From assembly GCA_963847705.1 (NCBI GenBank), contig CAWKBC010000021.1:256001-320000 (forward strand): a stretch of DNA of 64,000 nt, in the 5' to 3' direction. Position numbers and translations under genes: made by a program. The notes below the pieces were generated by a model. It made no database searches, was not told where the DNA came from, and saw nothing but the letters and a program-made list of their open reading frames with translations. Below, piece by piece: positions 51,587 through 60,590 of this stretch. The stretch is from an uncultured Pseudomonadota bacterium. Its GTDB lineage: Bacteria; Myxococcota_A; Polyangia; Fen-1088. The first letter of the stretch is position 1; every line of letters starts with the position of its first letter.

Positions 51587-52524
51587 GGGAACAGGTGCCT
51601 CCAGGCCTCTAGCAGGAACTCATGGACCGTCTCGACCGTCCATGACTGTCCGCTCCTGAAAAGCCATTTGCGATAGTTCACCTCAACCATCTTCTCCTTT
51701 GCGTCGCCGGTTGGTTTCGTCCGGTTCCACAGGTCCGAGATGACGCACCGGACATCTTCCACGTAACCGTCGGAGCCCTGTTTAAAACAGTCGTCCGGCG
51801 CGTTGTACACGAGGCATTCGATCAGGAATGACGGCATCTTCTCCGCAACTGCCTTCGCGGCCGAGGTGCCGTTTTCGACCATGTCGAATTTGACGTTCTT
51901 GATGATGCGGGTGACGCGCTTGAACCGGAATCCCGTGGCTTTGTTGCGCTTAACGCCTTGTTCGTAGTGGTCGATGTGGTAGTTGATGAAGCCCCCGCCG
52001 CTTGCGCCGATGCTCTTCACTCCTGTGGTGGTGGCCCAAGTGCCTCCGGGGGTGACCTCGCCGCTGTACTTCCGGTACTCGAAGAACGGCGTGACGTCCG
52101 CTTCAAGCCGGTAGGTGTTTTCGTGGATGTTGAAAGCCTTGTCCCCCGGTGTCATCCCGGAGCCGAAGCGCGCCTCCAGCGCGTCATGGACGTCCTTTCT
52201 GAAGTCCGCGAAGGAGTAGGGGGCGGGCGTGGTTATGCCAAACCTGGCGGCCGTATCCCCGGACGGAACGTCGTAGAACATCGAGTCGTGGCACACCACC
52301 GCGACGTCAATGTCACTCTCGCCTCTGACGTTCGTGTTGTTGTGATAGGAACCCGTCGGGTAGACCTCTATGTTCCGCTCCGAGAGGCCGTCATAGTTGT
52401 CGATCGCCGCACGGATCACGGTCGCCGCGTTGTCGGCCATGGTCTCTTCACTGTCGCTGAAGGGCTTGCTCCAACGCTTGAAACGGTCGCCCCAGGTATC
52501 CACTGCAACGTCTACCGTCGACAT
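51583..52524 (-). CDS. CBASS CD-NTase (cGAS/DncV-like, CdnE-like)
   Basis: GSYHNNTNVRGESDIDVAV, GDKAF, ADVTP, FKRVTRIIKN, PSFLIECLVYN, EVN..KWLF. Confidence 0.92.
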   Translation of the reverse strand: MSTVDVAVDTWGDRFKRWSKPFSDSEETMADNAATVIRAAIDNYDGLSERNIEVYPTGSYHNNTNVRGESDIDVAVVCHDSMFYDVPSGDTAARFGITTPAPYSFADFRKDVHDALEARFGSGMTPGDKAFNIHENTYRLEADVTPFFEYRKYSGEVTPGGTWATTTGVKSIGASGGGFINYHIDHYEQGVKRNKATGFRFKRVTRIIKNVKFDMVENGTSAAKAVAEKMPSFLIECLVYNAPDDCFKQGSDGYVEDVRCVISDLWNRTKPTGDAKEKMVEVNYRKWLFRSGQSWTVETVHEFLLEAWRHLFP

Positions 52525-52622
52525 GCCATCTCCTCTAACTGCTTCTCTTTGACTCCCGCCTTTGCACGTTTACGCGCTTTGCGGGTGACTGACAATCTCG
52601 GTTCGCTCATCGGGCTGCCGGG

Positions 52623-53063
52623 TCAGTTGTGCGACGTTTGGCGGCCGAAGAGGAAGCCCAGCGACGCTGACAGCAACCCGAAGATCACCGTATCGAGCTT
52701 GTCGTTTACCCGCAGGTAGGTGCCGAGGCCCAGGATCAGCGCCATCATCACGTAGCGGGCGATCCGGTCGAGCATCTCGCGCTTGTGCGTCTGGCGCTTC
52801 TCTTCGGACAGCCGGTCCAGGGTGACGCTCTTGGCGGATTTGATCAGATCGGTGACGGTCTTGACGACCTCGGTGCCGCGCTCCGAGTCCAACCAGCGAA
52901 AGATGTAGGCCTCGACCGGCGGAAACGCCGACCGGAGGACCTTCGCGACCTCCTCCTCCTCGGCCTCGGGGTCGACGGAGACCTCCTTCCGGCGGAGGGA
53001 CAGTTCGTCCGGGTCCTGGGCGGCTGGTGTTTCGGCGGCGGTTTTCGGAGGGGCGTCCGACAT
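52623..53063 (-). CDS. Hypothetical protein with C-terminal 2-TM hairpin
   Basis: RBS AGGAG, acidic N-terminus, YVMMALILGLG and VIFGLLSASLGFLFG. Confidence 0.7.
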   Translation of the reverse strand: MSDAPPKTAAETPAAQDPDELSLRRKEVSVDPEAEEEEVAKVLRSAFPPVEAYIFRWLDSERGTEVVKTVTDLIKSAKSVTLDRLSEEKRQTHKREMLDRIARYVMMALILGLGTYLRVNDKLDTVIFGLLSASLGFLFGRQTSHN

Positions 53064-53327
53064 GCGTGCTCCTGTTTCGAGGTTCGGGGAGCCACGCCAA
53101 ACCAGCCGTCCAACCCCTGGATTGCGTAAGCGCAAGCACCCATCGCTGGCTGTCAAGAGTGTGACCGCCAAAAATATGGAAGTCCCCCGGTTGACGGAAC
53201 GGGTGGAATCGTTCGGGCGGTAGCGGTCGGGTGCTTCTCACGAAGCACGTGTGCAGAATTGAGATCGCCAGCTCCTGCAGCGTTGTGCGCTACCTCCAGC
53301 AATGGCACAACGCACGGAGACAATCCT

Positions 53328-53358
53328 TGCAAATTTAATATCTCACGTTAGATTTGCA
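53328..53358. promoter_or_regulatory. AT-rich inverted repeat (operator-like) directly upstream of the AAA ATPase
   Basis: TGCAAATTTAA-9 nt-TTAGATTTGCA, one mismatch, ends 3 bp before ATG 53362. Confidence 0.55.
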
Positions 53359-53361
53359 GAT

Positions 53362-54534
53362 ATGATTACGCGCCGTGCCATGAGGCTCGTCCAGGAGGCC
53401 CTGGACCGCCAGGCCGCCGTGGGCCTGATCGGGCCGCGGCAGGTCGGGAAAACCACGCTCGCCCGGACCCTGGGTGAAGCGGCGGGCGCGCTGTACCTGG
53501 ACCTCGAAGCGCCCGAGGACCGCGCCAAGCTCGCCGAGCCGGCGCTCTTCCTGCGCAACTACGAGGACCGGCTGGTGATCCTAGACGAGATACACCGGGC
53601 ACCCGAGCTGTTCATGACCCTGCGCGGCCTCATCGACGAAGGCCGCCGGAGCGGGCTCAGGCACGGCCGGTTCCTGGTGCTGGGCTCGGCCGCGATCGAT
53701 CTCCTCCGCCAGTCCGGGGAGACGCTCGCGGGCCGCATCGCCTATATCGACATGGGGCCGTTCGACGTCCTCGAGGCCGGAACAACGGAGCCGGATCGCT
53801 CGGCCCTCTGGCTGCGCGGAGGGTTTCCGGACAGCTTCCTCGCCCGGACGGATGGGGAAAGCCTCGCTATCCGGAAGGACTTCATCCGCACCTATCTCGA
53901 ACGCGACGTGCCGCAGTTCGGGCCGCGCCTGCCGGCCGAGACGCTCGGCCGGCTCTGGACGATGCTCGCTCACAACCAGGGAACCATGCTGAACGCGTCT
54001 CGCCTGGCCGCCGGTCTCGCCATCAGCTCACCGACGGTCACGCGCTACATCGATCTGCTCGTCGATCTCCTGCTGGTGCGCAGGCTGCAACCGTTCCACG
54101 CGAACACGGGCAAACGGCTCGTGAAGTCGCCGAAGGTCTATGTACGCGACAGCGGCCTTACCCACGCGCTCCTGAGCATCGAGGACCAGAACGAGCTCGC
54201 CGGGCACCCGGTCGTCGGGGCGAGCTGGGAGGGATTCGTGATCGAGAACCTCCTGGCCGTGGTGCCTACCCGCACAGAGGCGAGCTTCTACCGCTCGGCC
54301 GGGGGAGCGGAGATCGATCTCGTGCTCGACATCCCGAAGCAGGGCCGCTGGGCGATCGAGATCAAGCGCGGCCTGACGGCGCGGCCCGAGAAGGGCTTCC
54401 ACCAAGCGTGCGAGGACATCAAGCCCGACCGGAGGTTCCTCGTCTACTCCGGCGCGGACCGGTATCCCGCGACGGCGGACACCGAGGTGATCGGGATCAA
54501 AGAGCTGGCGGAGACGCTGCTGGTTGCGACGTGA
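53362..54534 (+). CDS. AAA_14 ATPase with DUF4143 / nuclease-like C-terminus
   Basis: GPRQVGKTT, ILDEIH, LGSA, LAGR, RGGFP, KSPKVY, EIDL..IEIK. Confidence 0.9.
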   Translation: MITRRAMRLVQEALDRQAAVGLIGPRQVGKTTLARTLGEAAGALYLDLEAPEDRAKLAEPALFLRNYEDRLVILDEIHRAPELFMTLRGLIDEGRRSGLRHGRFLVLGSAAIDLLRQSGETLAGRIAYIDMGPFDVLEAGTTEPDRSALWLRGGFPDSFLARTDGESLAIRKDFIRTYLERDVPQFGPRLPAETLGRLWTMLAHNQGTMLNASRLAAGLAISSPTVTRYIDLLVDLLLVRRLQPFHANTGKRLVKSPKVYVRDSGLTHALLSIEDQNELAGHPVVGASWEGFVIENLLAVVPTRTEASFYRSAGGAEIDLVLDIPKQGRWAIEIKRGLTARPEKGFHQACEDIKPDRRFLVYSGADRYPATADTEVIGIKELAETLLVAT

Positions 54535-54649
54535 GGGGGAAGGGCCGGGGCAACTCCCGTCCCGCCGTCCTCTGCCCCGCCTTGACGCCGAGCTTGTTGC
54601 TCACCTACGATCTGGGAAGGGGGAAGCCGCTAACCAGAGTGGAGGCCGC

Positions 54650-54976
54650 ATGGGCCGATCCGAGGATGTCAGGCAGTGGCTGCGGAACAACGGGTATGAC
54701 GATGTCGCCGGTCAGATCGACAAGCTCATGGACAAATGGGCGAGGGAAGGGAGCGCAACCCGGCGCGACTGGTGGCAGATTCTGGCAGGCGCCAATAACG
54801 GCGCACCACGCAGCGTCGACGGAATAGAGTTCCCGGTTCTACGCTCCGCCCAGGCCCGTCAGGGACTACCGGTCACCCCGAATGCCATCGCGCGCAACAA
54901 GCAGGAAACCGTCCCGCAGGTCTGGACGACCGGCCGCTGGCCTGCCAAAAGCGGCAAGAAGAAAAAGAGCCGCTGA
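54650..54976 (+). CDS. Small basic hypothetical protein upstream of the methyltransferase
   Basis: RBS GGAGG; WLRNNGYDDVA..TRRDWWQILAG..FPVLRSAQ.RQG. Confidence 0.7.
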   Translation: MGRSEDVRQWLRNNGYDDVAGQIDKLMDKWAREGSATRRDWWQILAGANNGAPRSVDGIEFPVLRSAQARQGLPVTPNAIARNKQETVPQVWTTGRWPAKSGKKKKSR

Positions 54977-55781
54977 TACGGCGGCCGCGGCGCGTCCCTT
55001 CCTGAAATGGGCCGGCGGGAAGCGGCAGCTTGTTCAGGAGCTGACGAAGCACGTTCCCGAAAGCTTCGGTACCTATTACGAGCCCTTCGTCGGCGGAGGC
55101 GCGCTATTCTTCCACCTTCAGCCCCGAAGCGCCGTCCTGTCGGACAGCAATGCCCGGCTGATTCGCACCTATAGCGGCATCCAGAACAACGTCGACGACG
55201 TCATCTCGATCCTCCGCACCTACCGCAACGAGAAAGCCTTCTATCTGAAGCTCCGGGAGATTCCGATCGACGAGCGGTCCGACGCCGAACTGGCCGCCTG
55301 GTTCATCTTCCTGAACAAGACGGGGTTCAACGGCCTCTACCGCGTGAACCGCCGGAACTTGTTCAACGTGCCTTTCGGCGACAATGCGCGCGCGCGGATC
55401 GTCGACGACCTCAATCTGAAAGCCTGTTCCGCCGCCCTCAAGGGCGTGCAGCTGCATTGTGAGGATTTCGAGGCCGCGCTCGCGCGGGCAGGGCAGGGCG
55501 ACTTCGTCTACATCGACCCGCCCTACGTGCCCCTCTCCGATACGGCCTACTTCACGTCGTACACGTCCAGCGGGTTCGGGCCCAAGGATCAGCTCCGGCT
55601 CCGCGACGCGGCCCTGTCCCTCAAGCGGCGCGGCGTGACGGTCGTTCTTTCCAACTCGTCCTCCCACCGGGTGTCTGAGCTCTACGGCGCCGGGTTTACC
55701 TGCATCCCCGTCTCGGCGTCGCGGCTCGTCAACAGCGACATAAAGGGCCGCGGGAAGGTCACCGAGTTTGTTATCGTCTGA
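54882..55781 (+). CDS. Dam/DpnM-family (alpha class) DNA adenine methyltransferase
   Basis: PFLKWAGGK, YEPFVGGGA, FNGLYRVN..FNVPFG, YIDPPY, LSNS; start uncertain. Confidence 0.93.
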   Translation: MPSRATSRKPSRRSGRPAAGLPKAARRKRAADTAAAARPFLKWAGGKRQLVQELTKHVPESFGTYYEPFVGGGALFFHLQPRSAVLSDSNARLIRTYSGIQNNVDDVISILRTYRNEKAFYLKLREIPIDERSDAELAAWFIFLNKTGFNGLYRVNRRNLFNVPFGDNARARIVDDLNLKACSAALKGVQLHCEDFEAALARAGQGDFVYIDPPYVPLSDTAYFTSYTSSGFGPKDQLRLRDAALSLKRRGVTVVLSNSSSHRVSELYGAGFTCIPVSASRLVNSDIKGRGKVTEFVIV

Positions 55782-55783
55782 CT

Positions 55784-56182
55784 ATGCCCGGAAGAGCTAC
55801 CGCCGTTGCTAACGGCGATGACCTCGTGCAGAAGGTCGTCGCTCTCGCCGCGGAACTCAAACTGCAGGCGCGAACGCAAGTGCGGGTCGGACGCCGCATC
55901 TGGGGCGCCATCCGCAAAATCGACGTCGTCCTGACGGAGACGTCCACGCGCCGGACGATCGGCGTCGAATGCAAGTTCCAGAGCAGCCAGGGAACGGCCG
56001 AGGAGAAAATCCCCTCCACGATTCAGGATATCGCCGCCTGGCCCATCCCGGGCATCGTCGTCTTCTCCGGCGATGGTTTCAGCGCGAACATGAGCGCCTT
56101 CCTGATCTCGACGGGGAAAGCCGTCGAATTCGAGGATCTCCAGGCGTGGCTGTCGCTCTACTTCGGTATCCCCGGCGAGTAA
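55784..56182 (+). CDS. Small PD-(D/E)XK endonuclease
   Basis: KIDVV..GVECKFQ..GTAEEK; 2 bp after the methyltransferase stop. Confidence 0.8.
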   Translation: MPGRATAVANGDDLVQKVVALAAELKLQARTQVRVGRRIWGAIRKIDVVLTETSTRRTIGVECKFQSSQGTAEEKIPSTIQDIAAWPIPGIVVFSGDGFSANMSAFLISTGKAVEFEDLQAWLSLYFGIPGE

Positions 56183-56186
56183 AACG

Positions 56187-56915
56187 CTAGGAAATCACTG
56201 CGAGCGCGTACTGCTTCGCACCCGATTCGCCCGGACCGGCGTCCGCCGCGGCGGGCTCCGCCATTCCGAGCCGCTGCCTCGAGAGGGAAAGGGCGTCCGG
56301 GGAGATGTCGTTCCCGGCGAACCGCCGGTCCAGCTTCAGTGCGGCGACCCCCGTGCTGCCCGAACCCATGAACGGATCGATCACCAGCTCTCCGGGCGCC
56401 GTGCTTTGCCCGATGAGCACTTCCGACACGCGGACAGGCTTCTCCGCCGGATAGCCGTTTCTCACGCGCGGCACGTTGATCACGTCCGCCGTACCCAGGT
56501 TGTTGAGCCGCCGCTTCCCCTTCTCAAAGAAGAGGACCATTTCGTAGCGCGATCGGTAGTGATAGCCCATCCCGATATTCTGCTTATCCCAGATCAGCGG
56601 CTTCCAGAACTTGAATCCCGCCGCCTCCGCAACCGGCTTCGCAATGAACGCCGTCTCCGGGTCGGTAAAGAGATAGAAGTGCGCGTCCTTCTTGAGAACG
56701 CGAAAGACCTCGGCGAACAGCTCCGGAAACCGGCTGTTGGGAAAGATCTGGAACCACTGATTGCTGGAACCCTTGCTCTGCTTCAAGCGGGTCGTCGTTC
56801 CCACCGCCCGATGCTTCTCCAGCGATTCATAGGGCGGGTCCGTGACGACCAGATCGATCGACCCCGCAGGCAACTCTTTCAGCCACGCCACAGCGTCCAT
56901 CTGTCCGAGAAGCAT
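56187..56915 (-). CDS. Beta-class N6A/N4C DNA methyltransferase
   Basis: DLVVTDPPY precedes YPAEKP and IDPFMGSGSTG. Confidence 0.9.
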   Translation of the reverse strand: MLLGQMDAVAWLKELPAGSIDLVVTDPPYESLEKHRAVGTTTRLKQSKGSSNQWFQIFPNSRFPELFAEVFRVLKKDAHFYLFTDPETAFIAKPVAEAAGFKFWKPLIWDKQNIGMGYHYRSRYEMVLFFEKGKRRLNNLGTADVINVPRVRNGYPAEKPVRVSEVLIGQSTAPGELVIDPFMGSGSTGVAALKLDRRFAGNDISPDALSLSRQRLGMAEPAAADAGPGESGAKQYALAVIS

Positions 56916-57172
56916 GGGCCTGACAGTACAGCTAAACATCTGAGCAGGTCAAGGTTTAGCGGCCGAGTGGCCCGGAGGGGAGTGTCTGGCGCAAGCGCCC
57001 GCAATTACTTTTGTTTTCCTGTCTGTCAGGAGAGAGCCGCCCTTGAGGCGGCGTCTGTCGGCCTGGGGCGCTCGCGAGGGGATGTGCGCCTCGAGTCGCC
57101 TCCCGTTCTATGGCTCGCTGAGTCCGTGCCGTTTTGATCCCCTGGCCGAAATGCGCGACAATTTGCGTCCAC

Positions 57173-58258
57173 ATGCCCCCGTTGAACAAAGGACCCAAGG
57201 AGTTCTTTGAATTCCTTCAGACGAAAAATGCCGGTGACGTCATTTCTGAAGGGGACATCCTTGCGGCGGTCACCAAGTGGAAGGCGAACAGCTTTCACAC
57301 CTACAAGGGCAAGAACAAAATTGCGCCGTTTCTCGAAGAGCTTCCCGGCGACAAGTACCGCGTCATCAACGACGGGAAGATTCTGTCGGAGGCCCACTTC
57401 CACGAGGTGTTCACGCAGGTCAAGCCGGCGGTCGTCGTCCCCAAGGCGGGAAGCCAGCTGACGGGGAAGGCGGGCTCGTACGTCCTCGATTCGTTTATCG
57501 GAGCCGGTGCGGTCGGCTCGGTATGGCGCGGGCGACACGAAGCGACCGGCGGGCTGGTGGCCGTGAAGATCATGCTCCCCAAGGCCGATCTGCTTGAACC
57601 GTCCACGCTGAAGAACGTCAAGGAGCGATTCCGGCGCGAGGCGCTAAACGGCATCAAGCTGAAGCTGCCGTCCGTCATATCCCACCGGGACGTCGGGGAA
57701 TGGCAGGACACGCCGTTCCTGGTCATGGAACTCGCTTCGGGCTCCGTCGGAGCCGAGCTGAGAGCGGGCGGGGCTTTAGCGGCGAGCGCCGCCGCATCCG
57801 TTGTCTCCGATGCGGTCGACGGCCTGCTGGCGCTTCACAAGGACAAATGTATTCATCGGGACGTGAAGCCGGACAACATGCTTCGCGTCGGATCAAAAGT
57901 CGTCCTTGGTGACCTCGGCATCGTGAAGTGGAACGAGCTGAACCCCGCGTTCACCGGTGCGGGAACGATCACCAGGGCGTCGATACAATTGGGGTCGTGG
58001 TACTACATGGCTCCCGAGCAACGAAAAGCCCCGCATGAAGCCAAGTTTGCCAGCGATATGTACGCCCTTGGCATTTCGTGGATTGAGCTTCTAACCGGGA
58101 GTGCGCCCGATCCGTCGGAGGTGGGTGCGAACAAGTATCCCGATCCGAGCGCGGATCAGGATGTCTCGGCGATGATCCGCCGGATGCTGCAATATGATTT
58201 CAAGGACCGTCCGACGGCCGAAGACCTGCGAAAGTTTCTGGACAACCTCCCCGGCTAA
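57173..58258 (+). CDS. Hanks-type Ser/Thr kinase with an uncharacterised N-terminal domain
   Basis: IGAGAVGSV, AVK, RFRRE, HRDVKPDN, DLG, YMAPE, SDMYALG; no TM segment. Confidence 0.9.
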   Translation: MPPLNKGPKEFFEFLQTKNAGDVISEGDILAAVTKWKANSFHTYKGKNKIAPFLEELPGDKYRVINDGKILSEAHFHEVFTQVKPAVVVPKAGSQLTGKAGSYVLDSFIGAGAVGSVWRGRHEATGGLVAVKIMLPKADLLEPSTLKNVKERFRREALNGIKLKLPSVISHRDVGEWQDTPFLVMELASGSVGAELRAGGALAASAAASVVSDAVDGLLALHKDKCIHRDVKPDNMLRVGSKVVLGDLGIVKWNELNPAFTGAGTITRASIQLGSWYYMAPEQRKAPHEAKFASDMYALGISWIELLTGSAPDPSEVGANKYPDPSADQDVSAMIRRMLQYDFKDRPTAEDLRKFLDNLPG

Positions 58259-58270
58259 GTGCGGCCGATC

Positions 58271-59449
58271 TCACACGTCCTTCACGCCGACAGGCTCAAA
58301 ATAGTCCGCCGATCCCAGAACGGACCCGTCGCGCAGCAGGCTGAGCGACCCCGTCCTTTCCGGCACGTTCACCGCCTCAATCTGCCGCGCGGAGGCGAGG
58401 CCGCCACGTGCAACCCCCATGACGGCCGTGAACACGGCCTCCTCGACGCCGAAAAAGAGGGGAGGGCGCGTGAGGAAGAACGGCGATGCACGCCGGATGT
58501 ACCTCCACATATGGCGCAGCTCGTGCTCATCATGGTCGAAGAACGGCCACCAGGGTCCCCAGGGCACGGCGAACCAATCCGGGATGATGCCGCCGACGAA
58601 CCGCCTTCCTTTGAGCGGGCCGGAGACGCACTCCCAAAGACCGCGTGTGGCGCGCAACTCGTAGGGCCGCAGATGCCGGATCGCCTCGGCGACATCGCGC
58701 AGTTGGAGCCGGTCGAAGACGGGCGCGTAGTGACCGGCAACCATCGAGAGCCCGATGTCCCGCGGATAACCGCCCTCGCCAGGGGGAGCACCCCTTGTCA
58801 CGGGGTCCTCGACGAGCAGCTGTGATCGCACTCGGGGCGTCTCCTCGGTCGCCCAGCGCGCCGCGCTCACGTACCCTTTGACCTCAAGGGCGTGGCCCTG
58901 CGGGTCAATCAGCTGGACGCGCGCTACTTGCGCCCTGAATTCGTCGAACTCCTTCGTGCGGAACGACACGGGGCTGTAGCGGCCCTTCGCCTCGAGCAGG
59001 TTTACATCGCGGTCATGCTTGCCGCAGACATAGTCCGGCGAGTCGCCGGCTTCGTGCTTCCGCCATGTGCTCCCGTCGGGGTTTCCCCGCTCGAGCACAT
59101 CCTTGAACGGGCAGAAATACGTGAACCCGAAGTGGGTGTCTAAAAACCAGCGGGCGAATGCCTTGCCGAGTTCGTTCGAGACGTTGCGTTTGGACTCCGT
59201 GTCCGCGCCGATTCCCGCGCCAAGGAAGCGCCAGTCGGGGCCGGCGGTCAGACGGCGCTCGTACTCGTAGATGCCGTCATCGAGCCCGTCGTCGCCGTAT
59301 TTCACGAGGTAGTAGTGGTGGAAGAGGGCTTTCACGGCGACGGATAGCGCTTTGACCGGCTCCTTCGTCGCGGGATCGGTGAGCGTCGCCGGGAGGGCGG
59401 GGAACTTGTTGAGGGCGAGCGCTATCGTGCGCGCTGTCGTAGTCGTCAT
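58271..59449 (-). CDS. Putative PD-(D/E)XK nuclease
   Basis: NELGKAFARWFL, SPDYVC, LLEAKG. Confidence 0.72.
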   Translation of the reverse strand: MTTTTARTIALALNKFPALPATLTDPATKEPVKALSVAVKALFHHYYLVKYGDDGLDDGIYEYERRLTAGPDWRFLGAGIGADTESKRNVSNELGKAFARWFLDTHFGFTYFCPFKDVLERGNPDGSTWRKHEAGDSPDYVCGKHDRDVNLLEAKGRYSPVSFRTKEFDEFRAQVARVQLIDPQGHALEVKGYVSAARWATEETPRVRSQLLVEDPVTRGAPPGEGGYPRDIGLSMVAGHYAPVFDRLQLRDVAEAIRHLRPYELRATRGLWECVSGPLKGRRFVGGIIPDWFAVPWGPWWPFFDHDEHELRHMWRYIRRASPFFLTRPPLFFGVEEAVFTAVMGVARGGLASARQIEAVNVPERTGSLSLLRDGSVLGSADYFEPVGVKDV

Positions 59450-59489
59450 TCCCTGTGCTCCCCCCGCCATGCCCGCCCCCCGCCTCCGT

Positions 59490-60590
59490 TCAGATGACCT
59501 TCATCGGATTCGCCGCGAACTTCTGGAACGAGAGCTTGGTGTACTCCACGTCCTGGCCGAGAAACCGCTTGTATCGCGCCTCTTCGGCCTCGGCGTCCTT
59601 GCGCTTCTTCCCTTTGAAGTGATTGACCACCGTGACCTTCAGGGGGCTGTCGCGGTTCGTCTGGGCGCGCTTGAGCAGGTACTTGATGTGGATGTCGGCG
59701 TCGGGGAACGAGTACCCGCAGAAGACGATGTGGCTGACCTTGCGCAGCGCGATGTCCGCGCGGTTCCAGATCGCGCTCAGAAAGGCGTTGCTCATGTCCT
59801 TGTAGAAGGTCGGCGGCACGATAAGCGGCACGTAGACGCTCTGGCAGACCCCGCATACCTTGTCCCTGAAGCTGGAGATGGAGAGGCGTGTGACGACGCC
59901 TTTCTCGTTCGGCGTGAGTTGCAGCTCGTTGCAGGTCGGGCAGAACAGCCAGTTCAGCGAGCCATGGGGCTTGAAGAGTTTCACGCTGCGGTCGAGGGCC
60001 GGCCGGGTCCAGTCGCCCGGCCAATCGAAGTTGCGGAAGTCCACGCCGTAATCGAGTTCGGTGCCGTGGGTAAGCTCTTCGCTCAGGGAGTTGTCGATCA
60101 GGATGTCGTAGTTCGTCGAGACGAATACGGTGCTGCGGAGCCGGTTGGCTTTGCGCAGCGCCTCTACGAGGTTGTCATGGAGGCCCGTTCCCTTTTGCAG
60201 CTTGAGGTCGAGCACCTTGGCGACGAGAAACACCAGGTGTTGCGCGATGAACCGCAGGCGTCCGCTCTTCGCGGTCTGGTTACCGCTGTCAAAGTGCCGG
60301 AAGCCTTCCTTCCGAAGCATCGCGAGATCGGTGAGGCCAAGCACCTCCTCGAAGGTCGGGAAGATGACGTCCGCGAGGCTTCGCCGCCGGACGTTGATCT
60401 GGAACATCTCCAGAAAGAACTTCGCCAGCTCCTCGTTCATCGGCTCCGTGCTCTTCTTGAAGAGGTCCGACGAGAAATAGTCCCTGAAGAGGGTGTCCTG
60501 GACAGGAGCGCCCTCCGCGCGCGACGCTCCGGCGCCCAGGAAGATCGCCGTGTCCACGTCGGGTGGATGCGCCTTCGGGGCGGCAACCAT
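59490..60590 (-). CDS. Sir2-like (SIR2_2) protein with zinc-ribbon insert
   Basis: FLGAGAS, STNYD, KPHGSLNW, CPTC..CGVC, IVPPT, GYSFPDAD; ATG overlaps the recombinase stop (TGATG). Confidence 0.9.
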   Translation of the reverse strand: MVAAPKAHPPDVDTAIFLGAGASRAEGAPVQDTLFRDYFSSDLFKKSTEPMNEELAKFFLEMFQINVRRRSLADVIFPTFEEVLGLTDLAMLRKEGFRHFDSGNQTAKSGRLRFIAQHLVFLVAKVLDLKLQKGTGLHDNLVEALRKANRLRSTVFVSTNYDILIDNSLSEELTHGTELDYGVDFRNFDWPGDWTRPALDRSVKLFKPHGSLNWLFCPTCNELQLTPNEKGVVTRLSISSFRDKVCGVCQSVYVPLIVPPTFYKDMSNAFLSAIWNRADIALRKVSHIVFCGYSFPDADIHIKYLLKRAQTNRDSPLKVTVVNHFKGKKRKDAEAEEARYKRFLGQDVEYTKLSFQKFAANPMKVI

